A stretch of DNA of 64,000 nucleotides, taken from the NCBI GenBank assembly GCA_964451025.1, contig CAYVHC010000002.1, positions 10,077-74,076 of the forward strand, read 5' to 3'. Shown here in pieces: positions 28,772-39,526 of the stretch (position 1 is its first letter; every line of letters starts with the position of its first letter). A program made the position numbers and the translations under genes. This stretch comes from an uncultured Bifidobacteriaceae bacterium (GTDB lineage Bacteria > Actinomycetota > Actinomycetes > Actinomycetales > Bifidobacteriaceae). The notes under the pieces are model-generated. The model saw only the letters and a list, made by a program, of their open reading frames with translations. It was not told the DNA's origin and made no database searches.

Positions 28772-29638
28772 TTAGTCCCAATCGAGACCAAGGTCGATTG
28801 CCTTGACGGAATGTGTGAGCGCGCCCACGGAAATGATGTCAACACCGGTGCGTGCCACATCAGGGATGCGTTCCAGCGTCATGTTCCCAGACGCTTCCAC
28901 TCGCGCGCGTCCCGCAATGAGCTCTACTCCTCGCTGGGTGTCTTCCAGCGAAAAGTTATCGAGCATGATGGTGTCAGCACCACCTTGCAGGGCCAGGGGA
29001 ATCTGCGCGAGGGAATCCACCTCCACTTCGATGGTCGTTGTATGGCTGATTCTGTTACGAATCGCCCGTAATGCTGCCGGCATGTCGAGGCCGGCTTCCT
29101 TCATTGCGGCCAAGTGGTTGTCCTTGACCATCACCGCGTCCGACAATCCGAACCGATGGTTATGTCCGCCTCCGCATAACACGGCGTACTTTTCGAATTG
29201 ACGCAAGCCCGGAAGCGTCTTACGGGTGTCGACAATCCATGGTTCTTTGGTACCGTGCTGTGCACACGCCTTATGGGCAGCGTCGACGAAGCGTCGTGTT
29301 TGTGTTGCAATGCCGCTCATGTGCTGGGTGAAGTTCAATGCCACTCTTTCCGCGGTGAGGATTCCCCTCACGGGGCCAGCCACGGTCGCCAGGCATTCGC
29401 CGGCAGAAAACCGGTACCCGTCATCATGCGCTTTGGAGATGGTGATGCGATTGTCCTGCAAGGTGAATGCCGCAGCGAACACTTCGATTCCGCTCAACAC
29501 TCCGGGTTCGCGTGCCACAAGGCGCGCCGAGCCCATCGCATCGGCGGGAATGGTGGATTCCACGGTGATGTCTCCGGTCGGGCAGTCTTCTGCAAGAGCT
29601 TGCTCGACCGACCGATTGATTTCATGCATGGTGAGCAT
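28772..29638 (-). CDS. nadC: Quinolinate phosphoribosyltransferase
   Basis: DTRKTLPG, HRFGLSDAVMVKDNH, EVEVD, MLDN, EASG, SVGALTHS. Confidence 0.96.
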   Translation of the reverse strand: MLTMHEINRSVEQALAEDCPTGDITVESTIPADAMGSARLVAREPGVLSGIEVFAAAFTLQDNRITISKAHDDGYRFSAGECLATVAGPVRGILTAERVALNFTQHMSGIATQTRRFVDAAHKACAQHGTKEPWIVDTRKTLPGLRQFEKYAVLCGGGHNHRFGLSDAVMVKDNHLAAMKEAGLDMPAALRAIRNRISHTTTIEVEVDSLAQIPLALQGGADTIMLDNFSLEDTQRGVELIAGRARVEASGNMTLERIPDVARTGVDIISVGALTHSVKAIDLGLDWD

Positions 29639-29745
29639 GGAATGCCTCTTTCTGTATGCTGTATCAGGTTTTCCGTTGGATCCTGTCGTTGGTTTCTGCT
29701 GGCTGGAGACGCTGGCTTGGGAAACCTCTCAGGCAATAGGGTGGG

Positions 29746-31566
29746 TCACTTGAGCACCCAGGCGAGTGATTTCTGCTGCTGGGGATCGCGGTCCGGGAAG
29801 TCCGTGCGAGCATGTGCGCCGCGTGATTCTTCGCGGGCGAGCGCTGCTGTTGCGGCGGCCACAGCGACGGTGCACATCGCGACGGTCTTGTATCCGGCGC
29901 GAAGAAGTGCAGGGTCCGGAACGTGTGGGGTGCGGTCGGAACCATCGCCTGCGAGCTGCATGAGGCTATCGTGGAGGCGCGTGAGGTCGCTGATTGCGTT
30001 CTTCAGGGACTTCGCCGTGCGGAGCACACCCACATTCTTCCACATTGTCGTGCGGATTCCCTGTTGAATTTCTTCAAAAGCCTCTTCGGTGTTGTGCGCT
30101 CCGATAGCCTGCACATCGATGTCGGAGAAATCAATGCCAAGCGTCTTGCTCAGATTGCGCACGTCATCATTCTGTGTCGATGCGCCCTCGGCAGGGTCAA
30201 GCGGTCGCGGATCCCAGATCTTGCCACCCGGATCCGTCACCGCGGCGATGCCTGCGCGGTGACCGAAAACCAAGCCTTCGAGCAGGGAATTCGACGCGAG
30301 GCGGTTCGCACCCTGCACGCCGGTTCGAGCACATTCTCCCACGGCATACAGCTTCGGCACGGATGTACGGCCATACAGGTCCGTGCGCACCCCACCCATG
30401 TAGTAATGCGCCGCGGGGGTCACTGGAATCAGCTGCGTGCTCCAATCAATGCCGTTTTCTTTGAGATATGCGTTGATGCTGGGGAACCGCTTGGCAAGGA
30501 ATTGCGACAGCGGTATGTCCGGATGATGCTCGGCGATGGGGCGCACATCCAAGAAGACGGGACGTCCATCCTGATGCATCATCTGGCGGAAATTCTCGCG
30601 CGCGACGATATCACGAGGAGCCAGTTCCGCTCTCTCGTCCACATGGGGCATGTAGCGCTCGCCTTTTTCGTTGATCAGATGAGCCCCCTCGCCGCGAACG
30701 GCTTCGGAGATGAGGAAGTTATCTTTGAGAGCAAGCGCAGTGGGGTGGAATTGGTAGAACTCCAAGTCAGTGACTTCCGCTCCCGCCTGCAGGGCGAGCG
30801 CGATTCCGCTTGCATATGCGCCGGCGGGGTTCGTCGTATACGGATAGAGCTGGCCGGCACCTCCTGTCGCAAGGATGATCCGACGGGCGCGGACGGTCTG
30901 CACGCTTGATGGCGTGAGCATGATGATGCGAGGGTCCTCATGCGAGAAATCGAGTTTGGTGACGAATGCATCGGATTGGACGATCCGAGGGTTGTCCTGC
31001 ACCATATGCGAGAGGTCGGTCTCGACCACACGACCGGTGGCATCGCCCCCTGCGTGCAGGATGCGCTTGCGGCTGTGCGCGCCTTCAAGGCCACGCACAA
31101 GGTTGCCTTGTGAATCCCGGTCGAAATGGACCCCGGCTTCAATCAGTTCGTTGACCCGATCTTTGCCTTCCGCTGTCAATACGCTCACTGCCACGGGATC
31201 ACACAAGCCGGCGCCTGCGATGAGGGTGTCGCGGGTGTGGAGTTCCGGATTGTCGTCATCGAACACCGCAGCCGCGATGCCTCCCTGCGCATGGTAGGTG
31301 TTGGAACCTTCCGCTGAGCCGATGAGCAGGACTTTTTGGCTGTTGTCGTGTGCTTCGCCAGTGTCAGTGGGAATGTCCAAGGCCTTTGCGGCGGCAAGGG
31401 CAGCAGAAATCCCGGCGATGCCCGCACCGATGACGGCCACTGGATAACGTGTCGAGTCATCGATTGGATGTGCGGTTGTGAAGCCATCGTCGGTTGGCGC
31501 GGCATTCTGCCTGGCGTCGCTGCGTGCGTTATCCGGCGAAATCGATGGCTGTGCGTTCGCGTTCAT
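29746..31566 (-). CDS. nadB: L-aspartate oxidase
   Basis: GAGIAG, AQGGIAA, EGAHS, QFHPT, SEAVRGEG, HYYMGG, GANRLASNSLLE, ESRGAH. Confidence 0.95.
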   Translation of the reverse strand: MNANAQPSISPDNARSDARQNAAPTDDGFTTAHPIDDSTRYPVAVIGAGIAGISAALAAAKALDIPTDTGEAHDNSQKVLLIGSAEGSNTYHAQGGIAAAVFDDDNPELHTRDTLIAGAGLCDPVAVSVLTAEGKDRVNELIEAGVHFDRDSQGNLVRGLEGAHSRKRILHAGGDATGRVVETDLSHMVQDNPRIVQSDAFVTKLDFSHEDPRIIMLTPSSVQTVRARRIILATGGAGQLYPYTTNPAGAYASGIALALQAGAEVTDLEFYQFHPTALALKDNFLISEAVRGEGAHLINEKGERYMPHVDERAELAPRDIVARENFRQMMHQDGRPVFLDVRPIAEHHPDIPLSQFLAKRFPSINAYLKENGIDWSTQLIPVTPAAHYYMGGVRTDLYGRTSVPKLYAVGECARTGVQGANRLASNSLLEGLVFGHRAGIAAVTDPGGKIWDPRPLDPAEGASTQNDDVRNLSKTLGIDFSDIDVQAIGAHNTEEAFEEIQQGIRTTMWKNVGVLRTAKSLKNAISDLTRLHDSLMQLAGDGSDRTPHVPDPALLRAGYKTVAMCTVAVAAATAALAREESRGAHARTDFPDRDPQQQKSLAWVLK

Positions 31567-31638
31567 TGGATCTTCTTTCCTCGTGATTCCATAAGACTGC
31601 GTGATGCCCTTTGTGCCAAACGAGCATCTGGCGGTGAT

Positions 31639-32898
31639 TCACGGATGGACTTCAAGCATGCGCTCGAGGGCGATTTTCGCTTCCGAAGCTGTTTGAGGGT
31701 CCACGGTGATCTTGTTGACGACCTTGCCATTGACGAGGTTTTCGAGTGCCCACGCCAAGTATGCGGGGTGGATGCGGTACATCGTGGAGCAGGGGCAGAC
31801 CACGGGGTCCAGGCAGAACACCGTTTTGTCTGGATGCTGCGCGGCGAGACGGTTCACAAGATTGATCTCCGTGCCCACGGCGATGGCACTGCCGGCAGGG
31901 GCGTTTTCGATTTCCTTGACGATGTAGGCTGTGGAGCCTGTGCCATCCGCTGCATTGACGACATCCATGGAGCATTCGGGGTGCACGATCACTTTGCAGC
32001 CGGGGAATGCTTTGCGGGCACGGTCGATTTGGTCGACGGTGAAACGCTGGTGGACGGAGCAGAACCCCTTCCACAGAATCATCTTCGCGTTACGGTAGTC
32101 CTCAGGCGCAGCGCCTCCGGCCGGCTTGTACGGATCCCACAGGGGCATCTGGTCAAGGCTCATGCCCATTGCCAATGCTGTGTTCCGGCCCAGATGCTGA
32201 TCGGGGAAGAACAGCACCCTCTTGCCGCGGGCGAATGCCCATTCGAGCACCGGACGGGCATTCGAGCTCGTGCACACGATGCCGCCGTGCCTGCCGCAGA
32301 ACGCCTTGAGAGCAGCAGACGAATTCATATAGGTCACGGGGACTATTTGTTGTTTTCCGTCCGCGTCGATGTCCTTGCCGCAGATGTCCTCGAGCTGCTC
32401 CCATGCATCGGTGACCTGGTCGATGTTCGCCATATCTGCCATTGAGCAGCCTGCTGACATGTTGGGGAGAATCACGTTTTGTCGCGGCGTGGAGAGGATG
32501 TCGGCAGTCTCGGCCATGAAGTGAACGCCGCAGAACACGATGTTATCGGCTTCCGGGCGAGTTGCGGCGTTCTTCGAAAGCTGGAACGAGTCACCGGTGT
32601 AGTCGGCGTGCACGATGATTTCATCACGCTGGTAGAAGTGCCCCAGAATCAGCACCTTGTTGCCGAGAGTGCGCTTTGCATTGATGATGCGCTCCTGCAG
32701 CTCTTCGTCGGACGCCTGCGTGTATTCGGCCGGCAGGGGTTGCTGGCGCGGGGCGTTGTGGGGAATGAGGTCAAGCGCGGATGCGCCCGGACCATATGAC
32801 GGCTTCGTCTTGTCGAATGCCCAGGGTGCCTTCGTCAATCCTGCATCGCAGGTTTTGGTCGCTCCGAGCTTTTCGATGATGGCGTCTACGGATGTCAT
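31639..32898 (-). CDS. nadA: Quinolinate synthase
   Basis: GHFYQR, GDSF, FCGVHFMAE, AGCSMA, TYMNS, CTSSN, CSVH, HPEC, CSTM. Confidence 0.96.
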   Translation of the reverse strand: MTSVDAIIEKLGATKTCDAGLTKAPWAFDKTKPSYGPGASALDLIPHNAPRQQPLPAEYTQASDEELQERIINAKRTLGNKVLILGHFYQRDEIIVHADYTGDSFQLSKNAATRPEADNIVFCGVHFMAETADILSTPRQNVILPNMSAGCSMADMANIDQVTDAWEQLEDICGKDIDADGKQQIVPVTYMNSSAALKAFCGRHGGIVCTSSNARPVLEWAFARGKRVLFFPDQHLGRNTALAMGMSLDQMPLWDPYKPAGGAAPEDYRNAKMILWKGFCSVHQRFTVDQIDRARKAFPGCKVIVHPECSMDVVNAADGTGSTAYIVKEIENAPAGSAIAVGTEINLVNRLAAQHPDKTVFCLDPVVCPCSTMYRIHPAYLAWALENLVNGKVVNKITVDPQTASEAKIALERMLEVHP

Positions 32899-33072
32899 CG
32901 TGTTCCTTTCATGGATGGTATTGGTGCAATAGAACGAAATGGGTATATGGAGAACGGGTGCGGGGGCGAATGAGAGATTGTGCCCGGGCGCTGTCGCAAT
33001 CTAACGGCTTCGCACATGGGTTTTATGTCAAACGGACCAGAGGACGATGAGTCTGGGCAAGGCCTTGGACTG

Positions 33073-33867
33073 TCAGGGCGTGTGTCCCACCTTGTCGCGC
33101 CTTGCCTGGTCTCGGGGTCGTCTCTGATGCGCCTGATGGGGCGACTCGTGCGCGACATACCGGTAGAGCATCGCAGGACGGTGCTTGCCGTTAGACAGTT
33201 GGGATCCCGTGGCCTCCAGCATTCCTGAAGAGAGCATCTTGCGACGGAAGTTCGCCGGATCCAACGACGTGCCTGTTATCGCCTCATGTACTTCGCGCAA
33301 TTGGCTGAGAGTGAAGGTGTCTCCGACGAGACGCGTTGCTAGGTCTGTGTACTCGACCTTGTTGCGCACGCGCGTGAGTGCGTACTCGATGATGTCACCG
33401 TGGTCAAAGGCAAGGGAGGGCAGATCCGTGGTGGGGAACCACCGTACGTTTTTGCCGCCGATGAGCTGTGTGGTCTCCGTGGTGGCGATGAGGGCCCAGT
33501 ACGCGATGGTCACCATTGGCAGCCCTCCGTGCGAACGCGAGGGGTCTCCAAAGGTATACAGCTGTTCCAGGTACCTGGGGCGGAGCTGGGTGGTTGATTC
33601 AAGCGCGGTGCGTGCCGCGTCTTCAAGGGAGGTTCCAGACTGCAGATTGCCCCCTGGAAGCGCCCAGTCGCCCAGGAAAGGTTGCTTGATGCGGCGCACG
33701 AGGGGAATCCATAATGTGGGGCGGGCGTCATGGTTCCCGCGGGTCGTGGCAACATCGGTGGCGCCGGACTCTTCTGAGCTTGCCCTGCCTAGCGCGAGGA
33801 TGACGACGGATACGCCGATATCCGGCGGTTCTGACATGCGCTCGCTGACATTGGCTGAGACAAGCAT
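33073..33867 (-). CDS. nrtR: Nudix-related transcriptional regulator NrtR
   Basis: WALPGG, EQLYTFG, LAFDH, FTLSQL...ANFRRK...RPAMLY. Confidence 0.9.
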   Translation of the reverse strand: MLVSANVSERMSEPPDIGVSVVILALGRASSEESGATDVATTRGNHDARPTLWIPLVRRIKQPFLGDWALPGGNLQSGTSLEDAARTALESTTQLRPRYLEQLYTFGDPSRSHGGLPMVTIAYWALIATTETTQLIGGKNVRWFPTTDLPSLAFDHGDIIEYALTRVRNKVEYTDLATRLVGDTFTLSQLREVHEAITGTSLDPANFRRKMLSSGMLEATGSQLSNGKHRPAMLYRYVAHESPHQAHQRRPRDQARRDKVGHTP

Positions 33868-33931
33868 GGGTTCCTCCTTGTCGTTGCGGTTGCTTTGCTG
33901 TTATGGCTGTGCTGTTGCATTAGAGTAGCTG

Positions 33932-33952
33932 TTATAGTCTCAATGACCATAA
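33932..33952. promoter_or_regulatory. NrtR operator 1
   Basis: 21-bp palindrome TTATAGTC-TCAAT-GACCATAA upstream of nrtR-nad operon. Confidence 0.85.
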
Positions 33953-33987
33953 GTAGGTGTGGCGTCGTTGTAAATGCGGCATGAAAG

Positions 33988-34008
33988 CAATAGTCAATGT
34001 GACCATTA
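33988..34008. promoter_or_regulatory. NrtR operator 2
   Basis: CAATAGTC-AATGT-GACCATTA, same spacing as operator 1. Confidence 0.75.
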
Positions 34009-34356
34009 CGTAGATTGATGCGAGGCCTTCCTAGCGGCATCCGTGCTCTTTCCCGTGCTCTTTCCTCTTTCCTTCTTCCTCTTTTTGTCTCTCTTTTCTC
34101 TTCTTTTCCGTCGGGCTTTCTCGTCGGTGTTCCGCCTGTTTGCTGTGTCCTGGATGCACCGTGTTTCGGTGCACTCGTGTCCTGGACGTGTCTGCATTTT
34201 GTGCTTGCTCGCATGTCGGAGTCGCTCGCATTCCAAGGCGAGTCCGACTGTCCCCATCAGTGTGCGGATATGATGGCGGTGGTGTTTATGGCGTGGTCTC
34301 AGCGGCTCGTTGAGGGCAGCTGATTTCGCCAAGAAACGTGGAATGTAAGGAATCCT

Positions 34357-35022
34357 ATGAGTGTTGATATCGGACGCGTGATCTTGTGGGACATCGACAA
34401 GACGCTGCTGCAATCCGACAAACGCGTTAATTTGTTCGACAATGCCTTCGAATCTCTGTTCGGACATCCCAAGCCGGAAGAGGCGCGCATTGATAAGAGC
34501 GGGAAGGTGGACGGACAGATCGCTCGCGAATATCTGGCGATTGAAGGCAGTGACGATTTCCGCGGATACATGGATGCGCTCAATCGCATTTCTGTTGACT
34601 ACTACACGGCGAATCCGCTTGCATGCGTGCCCGGGATCCCGGAGGTCCTCAAGGCAACGCGTGCTGCAGGCGCCGTCAATGGTTTGTACACCGGCAATAC
34701 CCGTGAACGGGCTCAGGTCAAGTTGACCACAGCGGGGATCGCCCCGAAGGATTACTTTGATGGGTTCGAGCGAGGTGCGGCTTTCTGCCAAGGCTATACC
34801 TCCAACAGACTTGATGGCGTCAAGGACGTCCGGAATCGATTCACCCCTGAGCAACTGCTGGTTGTGGGCGATACGCAACGTGATCACGATTTGGCGCTCG
34901 CCTTGGGGTGTGCGTTCTGGCAGGTCGGCAGTTCCGAAATCCAGGATGACGATGCGATTTGCGTGGGCAAGTCTGATGATTTCGAAGACGAATCCGCCCG
35001 ACGGTTCCTTGCGATTTTGTGA
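34357..35022 (+). CDS. HAD-superfamily hydrolase
   Basis: LWDIDKTL, YTGN, VVGDTQRD. Confidence 0.85.
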   Translation: MSVDIGRVILWDIDKTLLQSDKRVNLFDNAFESLFGHPKPEEARIDKSGKVDGQIAREYLAIEGSDDFRGYMDALNRISVDYYTANPLACVPGIPEVLKATRAAGAVNGLYTGNTRERAQVKLTTAGIAPKDYFDGFERGAAFCQGYTSNRLDGVKDVRNRFTPEQLLVVGDTQRDHDLALALGCAFWQVGSSEIQDDDAICVGKSDDFEDESARRFLAIL

Positions 35023-35927
35023 ATGCATGCGAGGCTGCGGCGCTCGGGGCGCTGGGGCCAGTGGCCGTAGCCTCGTTTCAAAACCCGCCTTGCCATGGTG
35101 AAGCCTTGCGCAAGTATTCGGCCCTGCGAAGTCGGTGACCGTCTCCGCAGGTGTGCGTGTGATGAGGCTTGTCATCGGTCTTCCTTTCCATGTGCCGGTG
35201 CCTTTTAGCCGTCGATGATTCTGCGTTGTTGCAGGGCATGCTGTCGTATGGACGAGTCGCTTGAATGTATGAACTGATGGGAAACCCTGCCGCGGGAAAT
35301 CCGATTCATGAGGTACAAGAAACTTCGCGTTTGCGCAAACGTATGCCGCCTGTCTGCGTTGTAACGGAAATCCTCTTGTGTGAGGCGGGACGGCGCTGCC
35401 GGTTTGGTTGCGAAAGGCTGCCCCGAGGGTGGCCGCATAGCATGTGCGTCTATGCTCGTTGCCGTGATGGCCAACCTGGCTGCATCGTATCAGTCGGTTT
35501 GTGTATTTGCAAAATCGGCAGAAATACTCAGGTTTTGGTGGATAAGAAAGGAAAATCAAGCCTGAAAAACGGTTTGATTGGGAAACCTGAGAAGAACCTG
35601 TATGTGCAATTGTGTTGAAACGTATGCATTTTTGGAAAATTTGATTTGACGCATAATGATTTGCAATTGCACATAAGAGCGACTCGCCAATAATCGTTGT
35701 ATTTACAGGCGTGTCATGAATTTTTCTACTGCACATTGACCGCTGCACCACATGAGATACGATGTATTTTGCGCAATAAGTGGAGAATTGCGACATCGAG
35801 GTATGGCCGCAGGGTCGTTGGAACTGAGGGAGCCCTGATGAATCGGGACGCTCCTTGTCCTGATACGTGTTTCACCTTGGTTCGTGATATCGCTTCGCGC
35901 GGTGGCTCACACAGGAAGGAGGCAATC

Positions 35928-37067
35928 ATGCATATGTCCCAGACATCTCAGGGCATTGGTGGAGCCAAGCGGAATACTCCCGCGACGATGACACCGCGTT
36001 CCATCGAGCGCCGTTTTCGCACATGGCTGGATGAGCAAGGCGTGTCGAAAAACACCGTCTCCGCTTACTGCTCGTATCTTAAGCGTTACGATCCTGCGTG
36101 CTACAGGTTCGTGGGAACCGAGGTGTCCTTTGCCGACACGCGTTCCGGAATCATGAGTGTGCTTCCCTTGGACCTTTTCACAGTGACGGACATCCACGTT
36201 TTCGAGTGCGCGGTCGCGGTGCTTGATAATTCGCGGTCGTATGAGACGTTGCGTCCTCATTCAAAGAACAACAGCTTCTCCAGCGATCACAGCCGTTTGT
36301 TTTCTGCCGTGAACAAATACCTGGAGTTCTTGCGAGCCCGGCAGTCGGCCATCTCCACGCTTGACATGGAGGAGGAGCAGGCATACATGCGTCAACACTA
36401 TCCGCGGCTTATCCAAGTGCTGGAATCGGGCACAGTCGCACTTGGGGACGCGAGCCGGCTCGAGGTGGTGACCAAGCGTGCCTCGAAAGCGCAGTCGACT
36501 GTCGATGGGACTCATCGCAGCCCCATCGAGGAGGCTGCATGCGTGGAACTCCCCACTGCGGGGCATATGCGTCAGCTTTTTGAACGATGGCTGATGGAGG
36601 ATGAAAGACTGTCGGAAACCCAGACGAAAATCTATGCCTCGTGCCTGACGAATTTCGACAGTTCCATATATCGATTCGCCGATAGTGGCAGGCTGCTATC
36701 CGACCCCTTGGCAGGATTGACATCGCTGCTTCCCGATGATTTGTTTGTGATATCCAATCCCCGTCTCATGGCTGCCATCGAACGGGCTTTGAAGAAAACA
36801 ACAAATTATGAAAGACTCTATCGTTCCAATGATGGCGGATCTGATTATTGGAAAGACGACCGTGGAAAAATGCATGCTGCGGCAAAGAAATACATGATTT
36901 TCTTGGAACGCCGGGCGCAATGCATGGGGCAGAAACAGTCGGACCAGGAGTGGGAGGCATTCCGAAGCCGATATCTCAGTGCTCTGTCGGTGTTGAAAAA
37001 CGGGTCGCGAGACATCGACTCGACAGAATCTGCTTCACGGCATGGGCGCGAGTCTACCCGAACGTGA
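35928..37067 (+). CDS. Hypothetical protein made of two tandem copies of an about 150-aa helical domain
   Basis: AGGAAGGAGG SD; the two halves align by eye (FRTWL/FERWL, YRF/YRF, LPLDLF/LPDDLF, NKYLEFL/KKYMIFL, VLESG/VLKNG). Confidence 0.8.
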   Translation: MHMSQTSQGIGGAKRNTPATMTPRSIERRFRTWLDEQGVSKNTVSAYCSYLKRYDPACYRFVGTEVSFADTRSGIMSVLPLDLFTVTDIHVFECAVAVLDNSRSYETLRPHSKNNSFSSDHSRLFSAVNKYLEFLRARQSAISTLDMEEEQAYMRQHYPRLIQVLESGTVALGDASRLEVVTKRASKAQSTVDGTHRSPIEEAACVELPTAGHMRQLFERWLMEDERLSETQTKIYASCLTNFDSSIYRFADSGRLLSDPLAGLTSLLPDDLFVISNPRLMAAIERALKKTTNYERLYRSNDGGSDYWKDDRGKMHAAAKKYMIFLERRAQCMGQKQSDQEWEAFRSRYLSALSVLKNGSRDIDSTESASRHGRESTRT

Positions 37068-37279
37068 CCGGTATCCGACGATTGAACGGCATCTGGCGAT
37101 TCCTGGTCGGGCAATTGTCTCAACGCTCTTCGACGCATGTGGATTTGGATGAATCTGGATACATGCCGGGCGGGATGCATGTGGAGCCGGAAGACATACA
37201 GGAAGGTGCATAGAAAAGGTGCATAGAAGTATGAAGTCACATCGGAGTGTGCGAAGAGCACGCGGTTGAGAACGAGAAC

Positions 37280-38683
37280 ATGGAAGGACATGACATGGAA
37301 TTTGCGACTGTTGGAAATGATGACGTTGGTGATAATCGCCGTTCTGACATCCGGGTGGATGCTGCACAGCGCGATTGGCACCCGACTTCGCAGCGGGATG
37401 ATGGTGTCCGGGATGATGGCTGCGGACATGATGGCGAAAGCCTGGGCAGTGATGGAGCCACAGTGACAGGCGCTGGTGTGGCAAAAGATACCGGCAAGGG
37501 AACCAGCCATGCACAGACCTCTGAGCAGGTCTCGCAAGTTCCGGAGATGACTTTTGCCCAAGCTTGGGAATACGCAACGAAAAAATTGGATGATGACGCT
37601 TACGCTTCGGATGCGGAGGCAGGGTGCGCTTCCCCCGTCACGGTGAACGATCTGCTGACCAACGAGGCCGCCATTGCGGCACTGTCACAGCGTTGGTTTC
37701 AATCGAATGGCATGCCTTTCGACTTTTCCATCGTGCGTAGCCTTGCCGATATCAACAGGCGGATTGCGAGGATTCTGGAATCGCAGGGAATCCAGCTCGA
37801 CCATGTGGACAGAATGCCGCATCATCTTCCATACAAGGTTGTGTTGAAAGGCATCGCTGCAATGCAAGGGCGGCGGCTGAGGGATATTGAAAAAGCGGTG
37901 AATCGCAAACCGCAGTCGGAATATCGTCGTCGGATGATGCGCCAATACCATATCGCGCATTATCACGGTACGTACGTCGGTATTGATTTGGAGACGACCG
38001 GAGACGATCCCCTGCGGGGCTACATCATCAACACAGGATGGGTGACCGCCCGGCTGGAGCGGGGGAGCGCCCCATATGATGAACGGTCGTATTATTCCGG
38101 ATTGCCTGACTTCTATCAGGAACGTCCGATTCCTTTCGAATACGTCCATCACATCACGTGGCAGGATGTGCAGGGTAAACAGCAATTCAGGGATGACCGT
38201 GATTTGCAATCCTTGGTGCTGTCGGTTCTCACCGAGCACCCATACATGGCTCACCATGCGATTTTCGAGCACGAATGGTTCCTGTACTGCTTGGATGGAT
38301 ATGCCGAGGCTTTCAAAAACGGTGAGGTCCTGCCTATCGACACCCAGGAGATTTGCCGAAAACTTGATGAGGACGTTAATGATATTCCACTGGATCAGCG
38401 GCCTGCGGCATTGGAGAACTGGGCGAAACGTCGCGGGACTTTGAAGGACGACGAGAAAGAAAAGCATCTGGGGGAGGCGGATGCGAAACTGATGATGCGT
38501 ACTGTGCTCGTGGAATTGGAACGGCATGGGCTCATTGATAACGCCGATAACGTAGCTGATACCGCTAATGCAGGTGTCTCAGCTGATGCGAGTGGCGCAG
38601 ATGAGGTCGACACGGGTGGTGCGTCAGGTGTAGACGATGTGCAGTCCGCAGAAGGCCCCATCGGTACTGTGGGTGATGCCTGA
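37280..38683 (+). CDS. DEDDh-family 3'-5' exonuclease with acidic disordered termini
   Basis: GIDLETTG, AHHAIFE, IDT, HLGEADA; start could be 37247, 37280 or 37295. Confidence 0.85.
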   Translation: MEGHDMEFATVGNDDVGDNRRSDIRVDAAQRDWHPTSQRDDGVRDDGCGHDGESLGSDGATVTGAGVAKDTGKGTSHAQTSEQVSQVPEMTFAQAWEYATKKLDDDAYASDAEAGCASPVTVNDLLTNEAAIAALSQRWFQSNGMPFDFSIVRSLADINRRIARILESQGIQLDHVDRMPHHLPYKVVLKGIAAMQGRRLRDIEKAVNRKPQSEYRRRMMRQYHIAHYHGTYVGIDLETTGDDPLRGYIINTGWVTARLERGSAPYDERSYYSGLPDFYQERPIPFEYVHHITWQDVQGKQQFRDDRDLQSLVLSVLTEHPYMAHHAIFEHEWFLYCLDGYAEAFKNGEVLPIDTQEICRKLDEDVNDIPLDQRPAALENWAKRRGTLKDDEKEKHLGEADAKLMMRTVLVELERHGLIDNADNVADTANAGVSADASGADEVDTGGASGVDDVQSAEGPIGTVGDA

Positions 38684-38720
38684 TGGTGCGGAAGCAACGC
38701 ATAAGGAAGGAGATGGCAGC

Positions 38721-39389
38721 ATGATGGCGAGGATTCCTGAACGATATCGCAATCAGCGGGTGGGCCTGGAAGGGTACCGCGTGCTTAACCTTGACCTTGA
38801 TGGTGTATGCGCCAACTACCGAGCGGCGATCGCCGAATATGTCGTGCGCACGAGAGGGGCGAATCCTTATGAGCTGGGCACCAATGATGATTATCATTTC
38901 TACACGGCTCCTGGATGGCCGATCGCGAACGCCGAGGATTACCTTGCCGTTCACCGTGCTGCCGAGGAAGACCACCTGTATGCGACGATGCCGGTGATCC
39001 CTGGTGCTCCGCAGGCCTTGAGGGATCTGTCCGATGCCCATGTGCACATTCGAATCGTGACCCATCGTCTGTTCGTCAATGGACAGCACAGGTTCGTTGT
39101 GTCCGACACCGCCCAATGGCTTGATGACAACAAGATACCCTACATGTCGCTGTGCTTCACAGGTCTGAAAGATTCCATCGGGGCGACGATACACATCGAT
39201 GATGCTCCGCATAACATTGAGGTCCTGCGCAATGCCGGACAGCATGTGGTCGTTTTTGACCAGCCATACAATCGGAATTTGGAAGGCCCGCGTTTGCTTG
39301 GCTGGGGCGGGGACGCCGTGGAGAAGCTGTTGCAATGGTTCGATGAATGGCCTCCGGCGTCTGAGATCGCCGGTGCTGACTGTTCGTGA
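38721..39389 (+). CDS. 5'(3')-deoxyribonucleotidase, NT5C family (HAD)
   Basis: LDLDGVCANY, IVTHR, HIDDAPHN, FDQPYN. Confidence 0.88.
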   Translation: MMARIPERYRNQRVGLEGYRVLNLDLDGVCANYRAAIAEYVVRTRGANPYELGTNDDYHFYTAPGWPIANAEDYLAVHRAAEEDHLYATMPVIPGAPQALRDLSDAHVHIRIVTHRLFVNGQHRFVVSDTAQWLDDNKIPYMSLCFTGLKDSIGATIHIDDAPHNIEVLRNAGQHVVVFDQPYNRNLEGPRLLGWGGDAVEKLLQWFDEWPPASEIAGADCS

Positions 39390-39413
39390 TGGGGGCGGAC
39401 ATGTCGACAGTCG

Positions 39414-39526
39414 CTGAGTCCGCTGTGATGCTATGTGAGTCCATGGTGATTCAGTCCGTGGTGATTCGGGGCGAGCCCACTGTGATCAGATGCGAGTCCA
39501 TGGTCGCGAGTCCACGGTGATTCAGC
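39414..39526. repeat. Degenerate tandem repeat
   Basis: GAGTCCAYGGTGATTC-like units. Confidence 0.65.

Noticed and set aside
34006-35796. 596-aa minus-strand ORF with an SD-like GGAAAGGAAG before ATG 35175
   Set aside because: Mostly antisense to the HAD gene and runs into low-complexity DNA; no family motif, though a short remnant gene cannot be excluded
35928-37067. Possible integrase or prophage boundary
   Set aside because: No R-H-R-Y catalytic domain, att-like repeats, tRNA target or phage genes nearby
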